From the IMG/VR virus record IMGVR_UViG_3300025103_000122, positions 1 through 27,654 of that record: a DNA stretch of 27,654 nt. One strand, written 5' to 3'. The notes beneath the pieces are model-generated. The model was not told where the DNA came from and made no database searches. It saw nothing but the letters and a program-made list of their open reading frames with translations. Origin of the DNA: a virus (lineage: Duplodnaviria; Caudoviricetes). This document shows positions 6,477 through 15,650 of the stretch, piece by piece (position 1 is the stretch's first letter; every line of letters begins with the position of its first letter). The translations under genes and the position numbers were made by a program.

Positions 6477-6886
6477 GTGAAACCTTATCAAGAGTTCTTA
6501 GAAGGGATAAACCTAAAGCTGAGATCATAGAGGATATGACTCGAACTTTTTTTATGAATGTTAGTGGAGATGAAGCGATCATAAGTATTAAGCCTAACAA
6601 AATGACTAGGACAGGACAGCAGAACAACCTTTATTGGCATATCATTGAGCAAGTGAGGGTAGAGACAGCGAACACAAAAGATGCTATCCATGACCATTGT
6701 CGTAAAGAATTTCTTGAGGTCAGAGTTGAGGAAGTTGCCAAGAAGCCAGTAGTGGTGCTAAAATCTACTACAAGTTTGAATACTAAAGAGATGGGAATTT
6801 TTATAGATGAAGTCATTACATGGGTAGAGAGTGATTTGGGAATTAAACTTAATTTGCCTGATGGATGGAGGGAGTTAATAAGCTAA
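6473..6886 (+). CDS. ninB: NinB-family recombination protein
   Basis: RTGQQNNLYW and STTSLNTKEMGIFIDEV motifs; nin-region context. Confidence 0.8.
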   Translation: MSETLSRVLRRDKPKAEIIEDMTRTFFMNVSGDEAIISIKPNKMTRTGQQNNLYWHIIEQVRVETANTKDAIHDHCRKEFLEVRVEEVAKKPVVVLKSTTSLNTKEMGIFIDEVITWVESDLGIKLNLPDGWRELIS

Positions 6887-7248
6887 TGGCTAGACCTACT
6901 AAGTGGAACAAGGAGTTAGAAGCTCAAGCCTACGAGTATATAAAAGACTATCAGGTGCATGGACATATGATCCCAAGCATTGAGGGTTTAGCTATGGTTT
7001 TAGACCTTCACAGAGATACTTTATACGATTGGGCGAAGGATGAAAAGAAAGAGTTTTCCGACATATTAAAGAAGATTTTAAATGCGCAGGAATTTTGGTT
7101 GGTTCAGAACGGACTCAACAACACATTTAATTCAGCAATAACTAAGCTAGTTTTAGGTAAGCACGGATACCACGACAAGATGGATCAAGACATCACAACA
7201 AAGGGAGAAGCTATGCCAACTACAATTGAATTGGTTGCTAAGAAATGA
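6886..7248 (+). CDS. terS: Terminase small subunit (P22 gp3-like DNA packaging protein)
   Basis: MARPTKW...PSIEGLA...TLYDWAK...EFSDI...NSAITKLVL. Start at 6886 supported by a GGAG SD and TAATG coupling. Confidence 0.85.
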   Translation: MARPTKWNKELEAQAYEYIKDYQVHGHMIPSIEGLAMVLDLHRDTLYDWAKDEKKEFSDILKKILNAQEFWLVQNGLNNTFNSAITKLVLGKHGYHDKMDQDITTKGEAMPTTIELVAKK

Positions 7249-7757
7249 ATGGCGCTTGGAGAAGTCCTCATGGTGGCTTACTTGAAGCAATACTGGGTGG
7301 TGTGACAAGAGCAACACCTGAAGAAGAAGCATCTCTGTTTAATTACCACGATGCTTATGGAGAAGTAAAAGGTGATAAGGCTTATATCAATGAAGCAAGA
7401 CTGAGAGAAGAAGGAAGCACAGGTGACTTTCTTGGTGACATGATGTTGGGTGAAGCTCTGCATAACTTAGATAAGACATCGCCTTACTGGTATAACAGAT
7501 TAAGAAATGCCGCACAGGTAGATGATGAGGTCATGGAATGGAAGGATGACTCATATAAGCACGTTACTACCCATGATGGTGAAACAAGACCTAAAGAACA
7601 ATGGTGGGATGTCAGTAGGTTTGACCAAGTAGTAGGTGGATATTTGTTAGGTGGTAAAGATGCAAATGTACATACAATGAGAGGTTGGGAAAAGATGCCA
7701 TTTGGCACAACCTTTAGAACAGAATTAGAAGCATTTAAAAAGGCTTTAGGTAGGTGA
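7245..7757 (+). CDS. Hypothetical protein between terS and terL
   Basis: 170-aa ORF with 4-nt overlaps on both sides. Confidence 0.8.
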   Translation: MNGAWRSPHGGLLEAILGGVTRATPEEEASLFNYHDAYGEVKGDKAYINEARLREEGSTGDFLGDMMLGEALHNLDKTSPYWYNRLRNAAQVDDEVMEWKDDSYKHVTTHDGETRPKEQWWDVSRFDQVVGGYLLGGKDANVHTMRGWEKMPFGTTFRTELEAFKKALGR

Positions 7758-9037
7758 AGGCTGAGATAGAATTACCTCCGAAGCTCGTACCAGTATTTGA
7801 AGGTGAAGCTAGGTATCGTATAGCCTATGGAGGTCGGGGTAGCGGGAAAACACGCTCGTTTGCGCTGATGACAGCAGTTAAAGGTTATCAATGGGGTATG
7901 GAAGGTCTGAAAGGTCAAATACTATGTGGTCGTGAGTTTATGAACTCTCTTAACGATTCTTCATTAGAGGAGATCAAGTCAGCTATTGCATCAGTACCGT
8001 GGTTAGCTGACTATTACGAATGCGGCGAGAAATACATTCGCAGCAGAGATGGCAACATAACCTATACATTCGCAGGACTTCGCAGATCACTAGAGTCAAT
8101 TAAGTCTAAAGCAAGAATATTGTTAGCTTTCGTAGATGAAGCTGAACAGGTATCAGGCAAGGCTTGGCAGGTATTGTTACCTAGCGTTAGGGAGGTCAAT
8201 AGTGAAGTATGGATCACATACAACCCTGAATCAAAATACAGCGCAACACACGAAAGATTCAGAGCTAATCCACCCAAAGATGCTAAGATTGTCCAAATGA
8301 ATTACACAGATAACCCATGGTTTCCTGATGTGCTAGAACAAACTAGACTAGAAGATAAAGAGAAACGACCTGATCAGTATGAACACATATGGCTCGGAGG
8401 TTTCCAAATTTTCTCGGAAGGTAGTTACTATGCTAGTGAAATGAGAAGGGCAAGAGAAGAAGATCGCATAACTAAAGTTAGATATGATCGTGGTAAAGGT
8501 GTTGTTGTTGCATTCGATTTAGGAGTGGGCGATTCAACTGCGCTATGGTTTGCACAATTTATAGGAACTGAAGTACATCTAATAGACTACTATGAAGCAT
8601 CAGGGGTTGGTTTAGATCATTATGTGAAGGTGTTACAAGATAAAGGCTACATCTATGATCAATACATATTCCCACATGACATCAGAGTAAGAGAGCTTGG
8701 ATCAGGCAAAAGTAGACTAGAAACATTACAAGGTATGGGTATTCACGCTGACAAAACAGAGATTTGTCCACAGTTATTGATTGAGGATGGCATACAAAAA
8801 GTAAGAGAGATGTTAGACAAATGCTTCTTTGATGAAGAAAAGTGTGAACGTGGCATAGATTGTTTGTTAAACTATAGCAAAAAATGGGATGACTCAGGAG
8901 CAACATGGAGGATGCGACCTGATCACAATTGGGCATCACATGGGGCAGACAGTTTTCGTTACCTCGCTGTAGGGTATCAACCTTACAATGAATCATGGGA
9001 TAAACCAATTAGGAGAAATCTACAAGGAGTAGTATGA
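7754..9037 (+). CDS. terL: Terminase large subunit (PBSX/Terminase_3-type ATPase plus RNase H-like nuclease)
   Basis: YGGRGSGKT Walker A, FVDEAE Walker B, TYNP coupling motif, FDLGVGD and SHGADSFRY nuclease motifs; GTG start. Confidence 0.97.
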   Translation: MKAEIELPPKLVPVFEGEARYRIAYGGRGSGKTRSFALMTAVKGYQWGMEGLKGQILCGREFMNSLNDSSLEEIKSAIASVPWLADYYECGEKYIRSRDGNITYTFAGLRRSLESIKSKARILLAFVDEAEQVSGKAWQVLLPSVREVNSEVWITYNPESKYSATHERFRANPPKDAKIVQMNYTDNPWFPDVLEQTRLEDKEKRPDQYEHIWLGGFQIFSEGSYYASEMRRAREEDRITKVRYDRGKGVVVAFDLGVGDSTALWFAQFIGTEVHLIDYYEASGVGLDHYVKVLQDKGYIYDQYIFPHDIRVRELGSGKSRLETLQGMGIHADKTEICPQLLIEDGIQKVREMLDKCFFDEEKCERGIDCLLNYSKKWDDSGATWRMRPDHNWASHGADSFRYLAVGYQPYNESWDKPIRRNLQGVV

Positions 9038-12000
9038 GTTTCTTTGAAAATTTATGGACAGTAATTAAGCCTGAAATAACAGGATTATTAGGTACAGAGC
9101 AATCAAGGCAAGATAAAGTCACAGGATTACTTATTGATAAACCATTTGAATTTGGTAAAAACATAGGTCTTTATGATGACAAGATAAAAGCTCCTGATCT
9201 TATAAATACTACAAACCCAAACAATACAGTTAAGCAAAACGCTATTGCAAGTATGAATGATAGTGTTGCTAACATGGCGCAAGACTCAGAAATATTTAGA
9301 AAAAACCTACCAGCAAGTATGTTTGAGATTGGTGAGTTTGGTATTGATCTAGCAATGAATCCAATCAAATACGGTAAAAAAGCACTTAGTTTAGGAAGTG
9401 GTTTGATTTACAATGCACTCCCTGATCATGCACCTTTAAAAAGATTCGCAGATTGGTCAGATAAATTAATAGGTTACGAGGATCAAACAAAAGCAGATTC
9501 AGAAATGGCATCAATGGTGGTTGATTCAACAATAGAGTTTTTTGAAACACCAGGTGCATTAAGAAAGGCAATGCTAGAAAACCCAGCTGATGTATTGGCT
9601 ATGCTAATGGGTGGTAGTTCCATATTCAAAAAATTGGTGGCAGAAAAACCTCAAGAAGTTTTATTAATGAAAAATGCTATCGAGAGAATAGGACACAAAG
9701 AAAGCCTATTTAAAAGAATAGGAGCAATTCCTGTTGGTCTATCAATGAAAGATGTGAGCGTTATATCAGGTAAAGATGTTGTAGAGTCGTTAAAGAAGAT
9801 GGGTACTGATGCATCGGAGGATGCAGGTAAGTACGCTGAAACTGGAGGATTTGTACCACATACTTTAAAAGAAATTGAAAATGAAAATTTTACAAAACAA
9901 ACAGTTGGTATAAATGAATTGATTTCAGGCGATGCATTTCTTAAAGACTATATTGAATCAAACCCAAGCATAAGAGATTTCGATAAAGATGCAACTATGC
10001 CTATTGTTGTTGACTCGAAAGGAGCTGTAAGAGATGGTTACAATAGAATTAACCAAGCTCTTAAAAATGGTGAAACTGAAATTGAAATATTGAAAGGATC
10101 AAACACAGAACTAAGCAAAGTGGGTGGTACAGACTTAGCAACGCAAAGACAACTAGCTAATGTAGATGCATCGGGTTTTTATTCAAAAGCTGAACAAGTA
10201 ATACTAGATCAAATGCCAAAAGATTTACCACAAAATCAATTGCGTGGTTGGTTTGAAAAAAGACGTGTATCAAAGACTGAGTTAGAAGATTTAGGCATAC
10301 TTGCCTTGGTTGATAATATGGAGATAGGTGAGAAAGTAACAAAAGAAGGGTTACTACAACATATTGCTGATCAAAATCTAACATTCTCAAATACAACTTT
10401 AGATGACAATGCAAGTAGAAATATAGACCTGTATGATGAAGATATACAAGCTCGACAAGATTTTGAAATACCTGATGCTGGTGTAGACTTCATGAATAGA
10501 TACAATGATGGCGATGTAAATTGGGATCATATCTTAGCGAGTGCTGATGAGCCTGACGATTGGTTAAATATATCAGGTAACGAATGGAGACTGTCACCTG
10601 ATAGTTCAGACAGAGCTACTAACTATGGTCAAGATATATTTGATGATGAAATTGGATCGTCAGTAAACGTAAACCCTAGTAGTGATGGTGAAATAGCTAG
10701 AATAAGGGGAGGGCAAACGTATCATTACCCTTTTAACAATAAAACTAAGAAAGATTACCCTGATGAAGAAGATGGTAGTATAAACAAGAACTACATGGAT
10801 TTTCGATCTTTTCATGATGATGACAATCTAAAGTTTACTAAGTATATGCACTTCATAAACCCTGAAAGGTATCCTAAGACAAAATCTATGGAACTTAAAA
10901 TACTATATCAAGATTATAATCAAAGAAAAAAACTAGATGAAGTATATCTTTCAGATCGAGAGAGGGAAACATATCTACCTCGCTCTCACGGTCAATTAGA
11001 TACTCAAGAAAATTATAAAAACAAGATTGCAATGCTAGAAGCTAGTATTGAGGATGATATCCGTAATGATAAGATGGAATGGGATATTAAGATGTTGCGA
11101 GAAGCAGCTTATTTACACAACCCATGGGATATGGAAGGTGAAGATAGATTGAAAATGGATATGGTAGAAGCTCAAGAAATGATGGGTAGAGATAGGTATC
11201 TTGAATCACCTGAGTTTGAAATAGATGTAGAAGTAGGTGGAGAAGAATATCAAATATATGGTAATGAGGACATTGGTTACGTAGTATCAACACCTAACGA
11301 TGGATTAGAACATCGTGATCGTGCGCTTCAGGATTTATGGGATTTACCTACTGTAGAATCAGCAATTAGAAATCACGCAAGGGATGAGGGTTATATTGAT
11401 GAGTGGTATGATGGTGCTAATAATGAAGGTTCTTCTACAAAATGGGAAAATTACACTTTAAATAGACATCATAGAGATGCACCACAAGAAAATTACAAAG
11501 AAGAATTAATTATATTAAGTCCTGACAAAGAGCAACTGCGTGGTGGTTATCAGTTTGAAAGTGGAGTGCATTACGGTGGACACAAAGGTTTATTTGCACA
11601 TTTAAGAAAATCTGATAGACGAGAATTAGGTACAAACAGTAATGATGTGTATTTTATTGAAGAAGCGCAATCAGACTTTCAACAATCAAGAAGGGAATTA
11701 GGTGCGACAAAAGCAGAAACAGACGATTTAAAGTATCAAAACCGTATGGAAAGCTCTGCTACAGGTGATATGCTAACTGCTTGGAACGCTTTAGATTATG
11801 GTAAAAAGCGTTTAGATGGTGAGAGATCAATAGCATCCCCAACAAGCGAAACCATTGGTGGTGACTTAGTATGGAAGAAGTTAGTTAAAACATCAGAACA
11901 AAAAGCACTTTATAAACAAGCGATGTTGGCTCAAACAGATCAATATCAACTATCTAATTTTCAATCTACTTCAGGTGAACAAAAAAAGAAAGCGTTAGAA

Positions 12001-12624
12001 CAAGTTAAAAGTTGGAATGATAATTGGCATTTAAATACTCGCAATCCTGATTCTGAGAGTTGGGCAGGTTTAAGTTTTGATGAATATGAGGAACTAGGTC
12101 AATATTTGAGTGAGCATCAAAACGAATTACAAAAAACAGGTCGTAAGTTAGATGACCACTCACACACTAGCAGAACACCAATACAAGGAGATCGTTGGTA
12201 TAAAACAGTTCTAAACTATGCAATTATGAAGGCTGTAGAAGAAGGTAAAAGCACAATATCTTGGGCAAACTCAGACCAAATATTAGATCAATGGAATCCA
12301 GGTAGAGATACAATTTACACTAAGAAAATTAAATTCAAAGAAAGCTATGTTAACACTTACGATAGGAAGCTGAAAAAAGCAGCTGAAAAATATGCTAAAG
12401 ATTATGATGGTGAATTTGAAATTATAAAAATTGATCTTGGTGATGGTAACCATAGTGAAAACTTTTCAATTAGAATTACTCCTGAGATGATAGATAAATT
12501 GATGGAGGAGTTTCCAGCTAATACAGAAACAGGTTTTGCTAGACCTACACATGGTAAACTACAGCAAATACCTTCAGGCTTACTTAAAACGGATGTAACA
12601 GAACAACAGGGGTTATTAGTATGA
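9034..12624 (+). CDS. Large acidic multidomain protein, probably virion-internal/injected, with a ParB/Srx-like segment
   Basis: 1196 aa; PIVVDSKGAVRDGYNR; GFYSKAE; HYGG...HLRKSDR...YFIEEAQSD. The function is inferred. Confidence 0.7.
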   Translation: MSFFENLWTVIKPEITGLLGTEQSRQDKVTGLLIDKPFEFGKNIGLYDDKIKAPDLINTTNPNNTVKQNAIASMNDSVANMAQDSEIFRKNLPASMFEIGEFGIDLAMNPIKYGKKALSLGSGLIYNALPDHAPLKRFADWSDKLIGYEDQTKADSEMASMVVDSTIEFFETPGALRKAMLENPADVLAMLMGGSSIFKKLVAEKPQEVLLMKNAIERIGHKESLFKRIGAIPVGLSMKDVSVISGKDVVESLKKMGTDASEDAGKYAETGGFVPHTLKEIENENFTKQTVGINELISGDAFLKDYIESNPSIRDFDKDATMPIVVDSKGAVRDGYNRINQALKNGETEIEILKGSNTELSKVGGTDLATQRQLANVDASGFYSKAEQVILDQMPKDLPQNQLRGWFEKRRVSKTELEDLGILALVDNMEIGEKVTKEGLLQHIADQNLTFSNTTLDDNASRNIDLYDEDIQARQDFEIPDAGVDFMNRYNDGDVNWDHILASADEPDDWLNISGNEWRLSPDSSDRATNYGQDIFDDEIGSSVNVNPSSDGEIARIRGGQTYHYPFNNKTKKDYPDEEDGSINKNYMDFRSFHDDDNLKFTKYMHFINPERYPKTKSMELKILYQDYNQRKKLDEVYLSDRERETYLPRSHGQLDTQENYKNKIAMLEASIEDDIRNDKMEWDIKMLREAAYLHNPWDMEGEDRLKMDMVEAQEMMGRDRYLESPEFEIDVEVGGEEYQIYGNEDIGYVVSTPNDGLEHRDRALQDLWDLPTVESAIRNHARDEGYIDEWYDGANNEGSSTKWENYTLNRHHRDAPQENYKEELIILSPDKEQLRGGYQFESGVHYGGHKGLFAHLRKSDRRELGTNSNDVYFIEEAQSDFQQSRRELGATKAETDDLKYQNRMESSATGDMLTAWNALDYGKKRLDGERSIASPTSETIGGDLVWKKLVKTSEQKALYKQAMLAQTDQYQLSNFQSTSGEQKKKALEQVKSWNDNWHLNTRNPDSESWAGLSFDEYEELGQYLSEHQNELQKTGRKLDDHSHTSRTPIQGDRWYKTVLNYAIMKAVEEGKSTISWANSDQILDQWNPGRDTIYTKKIKFKESYVNTYDRKLKKAAEKYAKDYDGEFEIIKIDLGDGNHSENFSIRITPEMIDKLMEEFPANTETGFARPTHGKLQQIPSGLLKTDVTEQQGLLV

Positions 12625-13367
12625 CAAAAGAAGAATTTTTAAAAAAAGCATTAGGTTCTCAATACTCAGAAAAAGAAGCAGAAAAAGGACTACTTGATCT
12701 TGATGCATTAAGACGAACAGCAAAAAACAATTTAGGCTCTCAATTTACTGAGTCAGAATTTAATACGATGATGGGTGTTGAAAAACCAATGGGTATTATG
12801 GATTTAAACGAAGTAGAACTAAATAAGCTGCGAAGAATAAAAGAACAAATGGGTGGACAAGTTACTGAAAAAGAAGCTATGGCTATGATTCGACCAACAG
12901 ATGCATATGGTGAACCAATACCTGAATTAGATGTTGCTGATTTAAGAAGGCAATTTTCAAGTATATTAAGCTCTATTACACCACAAGAGCAAGAAAACGT
13001 ACTCAAGCATTGGCAAATGTCAGATGATAATGGCAAAGTTGAATTTATGAAATGGATCGTAGACAAACCTGAGAGAGCAACTGGTTATGGCATACAAGAT
13101 GAAGTCTTATTACCTAAAGAAGCAAACTTAGGACTTGGAGGAAGTCAGACACAAACAGCAGGTACAAATAACACATATTATGATGACGTATTAGGCATAT
13201 ATTTACCAATGGGTTATCAACGAATGGGTGGCACAGGTGATGAAAGATTTCGTCAAGGTTCAGCAGGATGGGGATTTGACTCTTATCCTCATTCAGCACC
13301 TAGGAACTATTATGGAGCGAAAATGAGAGATGCTGATGAAAGATATAGACCATTGGTACTAGGTTAA
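12621..13367 (+). CDS. Hypothetical protein with three internal G(S/G)Qx(S/T)ExE repeats
   Basis: 248-aa ORF with ATGA coupling to the upstream gene. Confidence 0.8.
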   Translation: MTKEEFLKKALGSQYSEKEAEKGLLDLDALRRTAKNNLGSQFTESEFNTMMGVEKPMGIMDLNEVELNKLRRIKEQMGGQVTEKEAMAMIRPTDAYGEPIPELDVADLRRQFSSILSSITPQEQENVLKHWQMSDDNGKVEFMKWIVDKPERATGYGIQDEVLLPKEANLGLGGSQTQTAGTNNTYYDDVLGIYLPMGYQRMGGTGDERFRQGSAGWGFDSYPHSAPRNYYGAKMRDADERYRPLVLG

Positions 13368-13377
13368 GGAGGATAAT

Positions 13378-14004
13378 ATGGCATTAAATACATTCACAGC
13401 ACTAAAATCAAGTATTGCTGACTTCCTAAACAGAGACGATCTAACCTCCGTTATCCCTGACTTTATAACATTAGCAGAAGCTCAGATTAATAGAGATATA
13501 CGTCATTGGAAGATGGAAGCTCGTTCAAGTGGGCAACAATCAGCAGGTGACGAGTATATGCAGATACCAGCAGATTGGTTAGAAACAATTAGATTTCATC
13601 TCACAGGAACAGGAACAAGTGTAGTTAACTTAGTTTCAAGAGATGCAATGGCTGATAAACGATCAGCACAAGAAGATGAGTCGGGAACACCGACCATGTA
13701 CACACACGCAGATGGACAGTTTCAGTTATATCCAACACCATCTACTGACACAGACTTTGAGTTACTTTATTATCAGAAGATACCTTCTCTTATTAGTAAC
13801 GCAGACAACTGGCTTTTACTAGAAGCGCCTGATGTATACCTCTATGGAGCGTTATTACATTCAGCACCGTACCTAGCAGAAGATCAAAGGGTAGCAATAT
13901 GGGCGCAGATGTATAGTGCTGCAGTTGCTAGATTAAATGAATCCTCTGATACTGCTCGTTATAGTGGATCAGGGTTAACAATGAAAGTGAGGGGATTAGT
14001 ATGA
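13378..14004 (+). CDS. Head-tail adaptor (tail tubular A-like) protein
   Basis: IADFLNRDDL..IPDFITLAEAQINR, LYPTP and PDVYLYGAL motifs; strong TAAGGAGG SD. Confidence 0.75.
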   Translation: MALNTFTALKSSIADFLNRDDLTSVIPDFITLAEAQINRDIRHWKMEARSSGQQSAGDEYMQIPADWLETIRFHLTGTGTSVVNLVSRDAMADKRSAQEDESGTPTMYTHADGQFQLYPTPSTDTDFELLYYQKIPSLISNADNWLLLEAPDVYLYGALLHSAPYLAEDQRVAIWAQMYSAAVARLNESSDTARYSGSGLTMKVRGLV

Positions 14005-14384
14005 GTTTTACAAACTTTTTAGAAACAGAGATATTAGACCATGTATTTGCAGGGGCGGCTTACACAGCACCAGGTACCAAATACTTAGCGTTGTTTACAG
14101 CTATTGCAGATGGTGAAGCAGGTTCGGTAACTGAGTTATCAGGCAATGCTTATGCTCGTCAGACAGTAGCGTTTACAACTTCAGGTAACACAACTTCAAA
14201 CAATGCAGCAGTAGAATTTCCTACAGCTACAGGTAACTGGGGAACAGTAACACACGTTGGGGTTTACGATGCATCTACATCAGGTAACTTAATGGCTTAT
14301 GCGACATTGTCAGCATCAAAGACTATTGAAACTGGTGACGTGTTTCGTGTGCCATCAGGTGACTTAGACATTACACTTAACTGA
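14001..14384 (+). CDS. Small virion/tail structural protein
   Basis: YLALFT...YARQ...FPTATGNWGTVTHVGVYDASTSGNL, typical of phage tail-associated beta proteins. Confidence 0.75.
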   Translation: MSFTNFLETEILDHVFAGAAYTAPGTKYLALFTAIADGEAGSVTELSGNAYARQTVAFTTSGNTTSNNAAVEFPTATGNWGTVTHVGVYDASTSGNLMAYATLSASKTIETGDVFRVPSGDLDITLN

Positions 14385-14392
14385 TTAAGTAA

Positions 14393-15646
14393 ATGGCTTT
14401 TGAGTATGGTGAATCGTATTTCGGTTTACGAAGCTATGGCTCTAGTGCAGGTGAAGTAAAGGATGCTTCAGCTACAGTAACTGCTACGTCAGGATCAAAT
14501 CCTGTTGCTTGGGCAGTAGGACTAGGTTCAGGTCAAATAACTGGTACAGTTGCATCTTCATCATCATGTAGTGGTGAAGTTGTAATCATAGAAGAATCAG
14601 ATGTTTTCTCCTATGGTATGGGTTCGTATGGACAAAATGCTTATACTCAAGGCGATCTTCAAACTACTGTAACTGCTACAGCTTCAGCAACTGCTTCTTG
14701 TCTTAGGAAGCGAACTGCTTCTGCTACAGTAACAGTATCTGCGGCGATATCAGTAGAAGCAAGACGTATACCTGAAGGCTCTGTACTTATAGAAGGATCG
14801 TCTACAACAACGATTACAACTTCAAGTAATGGATCAAGAGTCAGAGAAAGTAGCGCAACATCATCTCCAGTAACAACTATTACAACAAGTGGCTTTAAAA
14901 CAGTTAAAGGAACTGCAACAGTATCAGCAGTAGCATCAAATACTGCAAATGCTGAATTTATGGTTAATGCTTCAGCTACAGTTACACCGACAGTAACAAG
15001 TGCGGCTATATGTAATAGAGTAAGATTTGGTTCAGGTGTACCGACAGCAGTAGCAAGTATTACTGTACTTGGATATGCTACAAGAGGTGGTATCGCATCA
15101 ACTGGAAGCACTCATGTTAGTACAGTAACAGTACAGAATGTGAGTGGTAGCAACAAATACTTTATTAATGGAGTACAACAAGAAACACAGACACTTGTTG
15201 AAGGTAATACCTACACGTTTGATTGGAGTGATGCAACAGCACAAGATCATCCTTTTAGATTTTCAACAACTTCAGATGGTACACATGGTAGTGGAACAGA
15301 GTACACAACAGGTGTAACAATTAATAATCCTTCTCCTTATATAACAACAATAGTTGTAGCAGATGATTCGCCTGTGTTGTATTACTACTGTGAATTTCAC
15401 CCAAGCATGGGTGGTGCAACAACAACTCCGAACAACTCTGTTAACTCTAGTGCGACAAGTGATTCAGAAAAAATATTCCAAGGCAGTATTGTATTGGAAG
15501 CATTAGCTACAAATACAGCAACGTGTAATAGAATGCAAAGTACATCAGGTGTTGTTAGTGCTACATCAGGCACAGCTACAATAGGTAGAGAAAAATGGGA
15601 AATTATTACTAACGATTCAGTAACATGGACAGAGATAGCGGCTTAA
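14393..15646 (+). CDS. Ser/Thr/Ala-rich fibre/spike-like virion protein with a cupredoxin-like insert
   Basis: Low-complexity beta repeats; HPFRF...LYYYCEFHPSMGG. Confidence 0.75.
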   Translation: MAFEYGESYFGLRSYGSSAGEVKDASATVTATSGSNPVAWAVGLGSGQITGTVASSSSCSGEVVIIEESDVFSYGMGSYGQNAYTQGDLQTTVTATASATASCLRKRTASATVTVSAAISVEARRIPEGSVLIEGSSTTTITTSSNGSRVRESSATSSPVTTITTSGFKTVKGTATVSAVASNTANAEFMVNASATVTPTVTSAAICNRVRFGSGVPTAVASITVLGYATRGGIASTGSTHVSTVTVQNVSGSNKYFINGVQQETQTLVEGNTYTFDWSDATAQDHPFRFSTTSDGTHGSGTEYTTGVTINNPSPYITTIVVADDSPVLYYYCEFHPSMGGATTTPNNSVNSSATSDSEKIFQGSIVLEALATNTATCNRMQSTSGVVSATSGTATIGREKWEIITNDSVTWTEIAA

Positions 15647-15650
15647 TATT

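Noticed and set aside
12636-12650. Slippery-looking TTT TTA AAA AAA near the start of 12621..13367
   Set aside because: Only a few codons into the gene, with no stimulatory structure or useful alternative ORF seen.
14659-15111. 150-aa minus-strand ORF, and similar antisense ORFs across the late region (e.g. 23768..24070, 24134..24442)
   Set aside because: Shadow frames of well-supported + strand genes, with no independent motif support.
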